Under the pieces are notes generated by a model. It saw nothing but the letters and a program-made list of their open reading frames with translations. It searched no databases and was not told the origin of the DNA. Shown in pieces: positions 63,261 through 64,000 of a stretch of 64,000 nt of DNA. This stretch comes from Felis catus (Eukaryota). The first letter of the stretch is position 1. Each line of letters opens with the position of its first letter. Location: assembly GCF_018350175.1 (NCBI RefSeq), contig NC_058368.1, forward strand, positions 193,814,001 through 193,878,000. Direction: 5' to 3'. The position numbers and the translations under genes are program-made.

Positions 63261-64000
63261 CTCAACTTATCAAATGGGATTTGAATTAATGAGATTTTAC
63301 TGAACTAGGGAACATTTCTGTCTTAATGTCTTCCCATCCATCCTGCTAATTGGTCTTATAATTTTAGGCTCAGAGGCTTTCATCCTGTTCAGCTCGGAAG
63401 GATGAGGGATGGCAATAAGGGCACGTACCTGAAATGCTTATTTTGACCTTTCCCATCAGGATCTTTACTCACAGTTAAATTCGTCTGTATTAGACAGGAA
63501 GGAAAGTCAACCCTATTAGACTCTGTGACTCACAGGATCGTTCTCTTGTTCCAAATCTGAACACGCCTGGATTCAATTCCTCCAATACGCTTAGTAATGA
63601 CCAAACAAACTGGCATTCTATTTTTTGTCTCCTGTTCAGGACTCCTAGGCGGCTGTGCTTCTGGGCATCTACTTAATGTGCTTTTCTTTCCCCTGGGAAG
63701 TAAAGGGGAGGATGCATTATCGGTGCAGGTGATCCATTACTCAAGTGTTCAGGGAGAAGAAGTCTCCAGGAGCTGCCCTGCGAAAGAGTCAGTTAGAGGT
63801 GTTCGGCCTTCTCTGCCCTCAGTTGTTACTGGCTCGTTCGTTTTCAGCCTCCTCGGCATCTCTCTCTCCTTCCCTGGCTCCCTCCCACTCATGTTTTGGG
63901 TGCTGGCATCCTCTGCTAACATCCTAGAGGGAGAGGCCTTTCATTTGTTTGACTCCTGCGGCCTCTGGAGAGCTGTGCTGCCAGTGGAGGTGTGTGAGAC

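Noticed and set aside
1..64000. CRISPR arrays, operons or other prokaryote-type systems
   Set aside because: The sequence is mammalian, with no regularly spaced repeat-spacer array and no gene-dense region.

Overview
This is non-coding mammalian genomic DNA, almost certainly from a felid, because it carries felid-type carnivore SINEs (SINEC_Fc/Fc2/Fc3-like) and a young L1_Fc-like 3' end. I recognise no protein-coding exon, RNA gene or CpG island. The short ORFs in the track are chance ORFs or repeat-derived. A large part of the window is interspersed repeat: 14 Can-SINEs, L1 and L2 fragments, MIRs, MER5/MER20/MER33/MER94/MER102/Tigger2 DNA transposon fossils, and MaLR/ERVL/ERV1 solo LTRs, several of them nested. 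Antisense-leaning retroelements, long T runs and several strong + strand splice signals weakly suggest a long intron of a + strand gene that I cannot name. The best observations are a microexon or recursive-splice-like site at about 19570, a bHLH motif cluster followed by a splice donor at about 11.9-12.3 kb, two SINEs sharing one triplicated target site, and a twin-primed L1 with a possible short 3' transduction. I found no convincing new biological system. Repeat subfamily names come from recalled consensus sequences, and the boundaries of old repeats are approximate.
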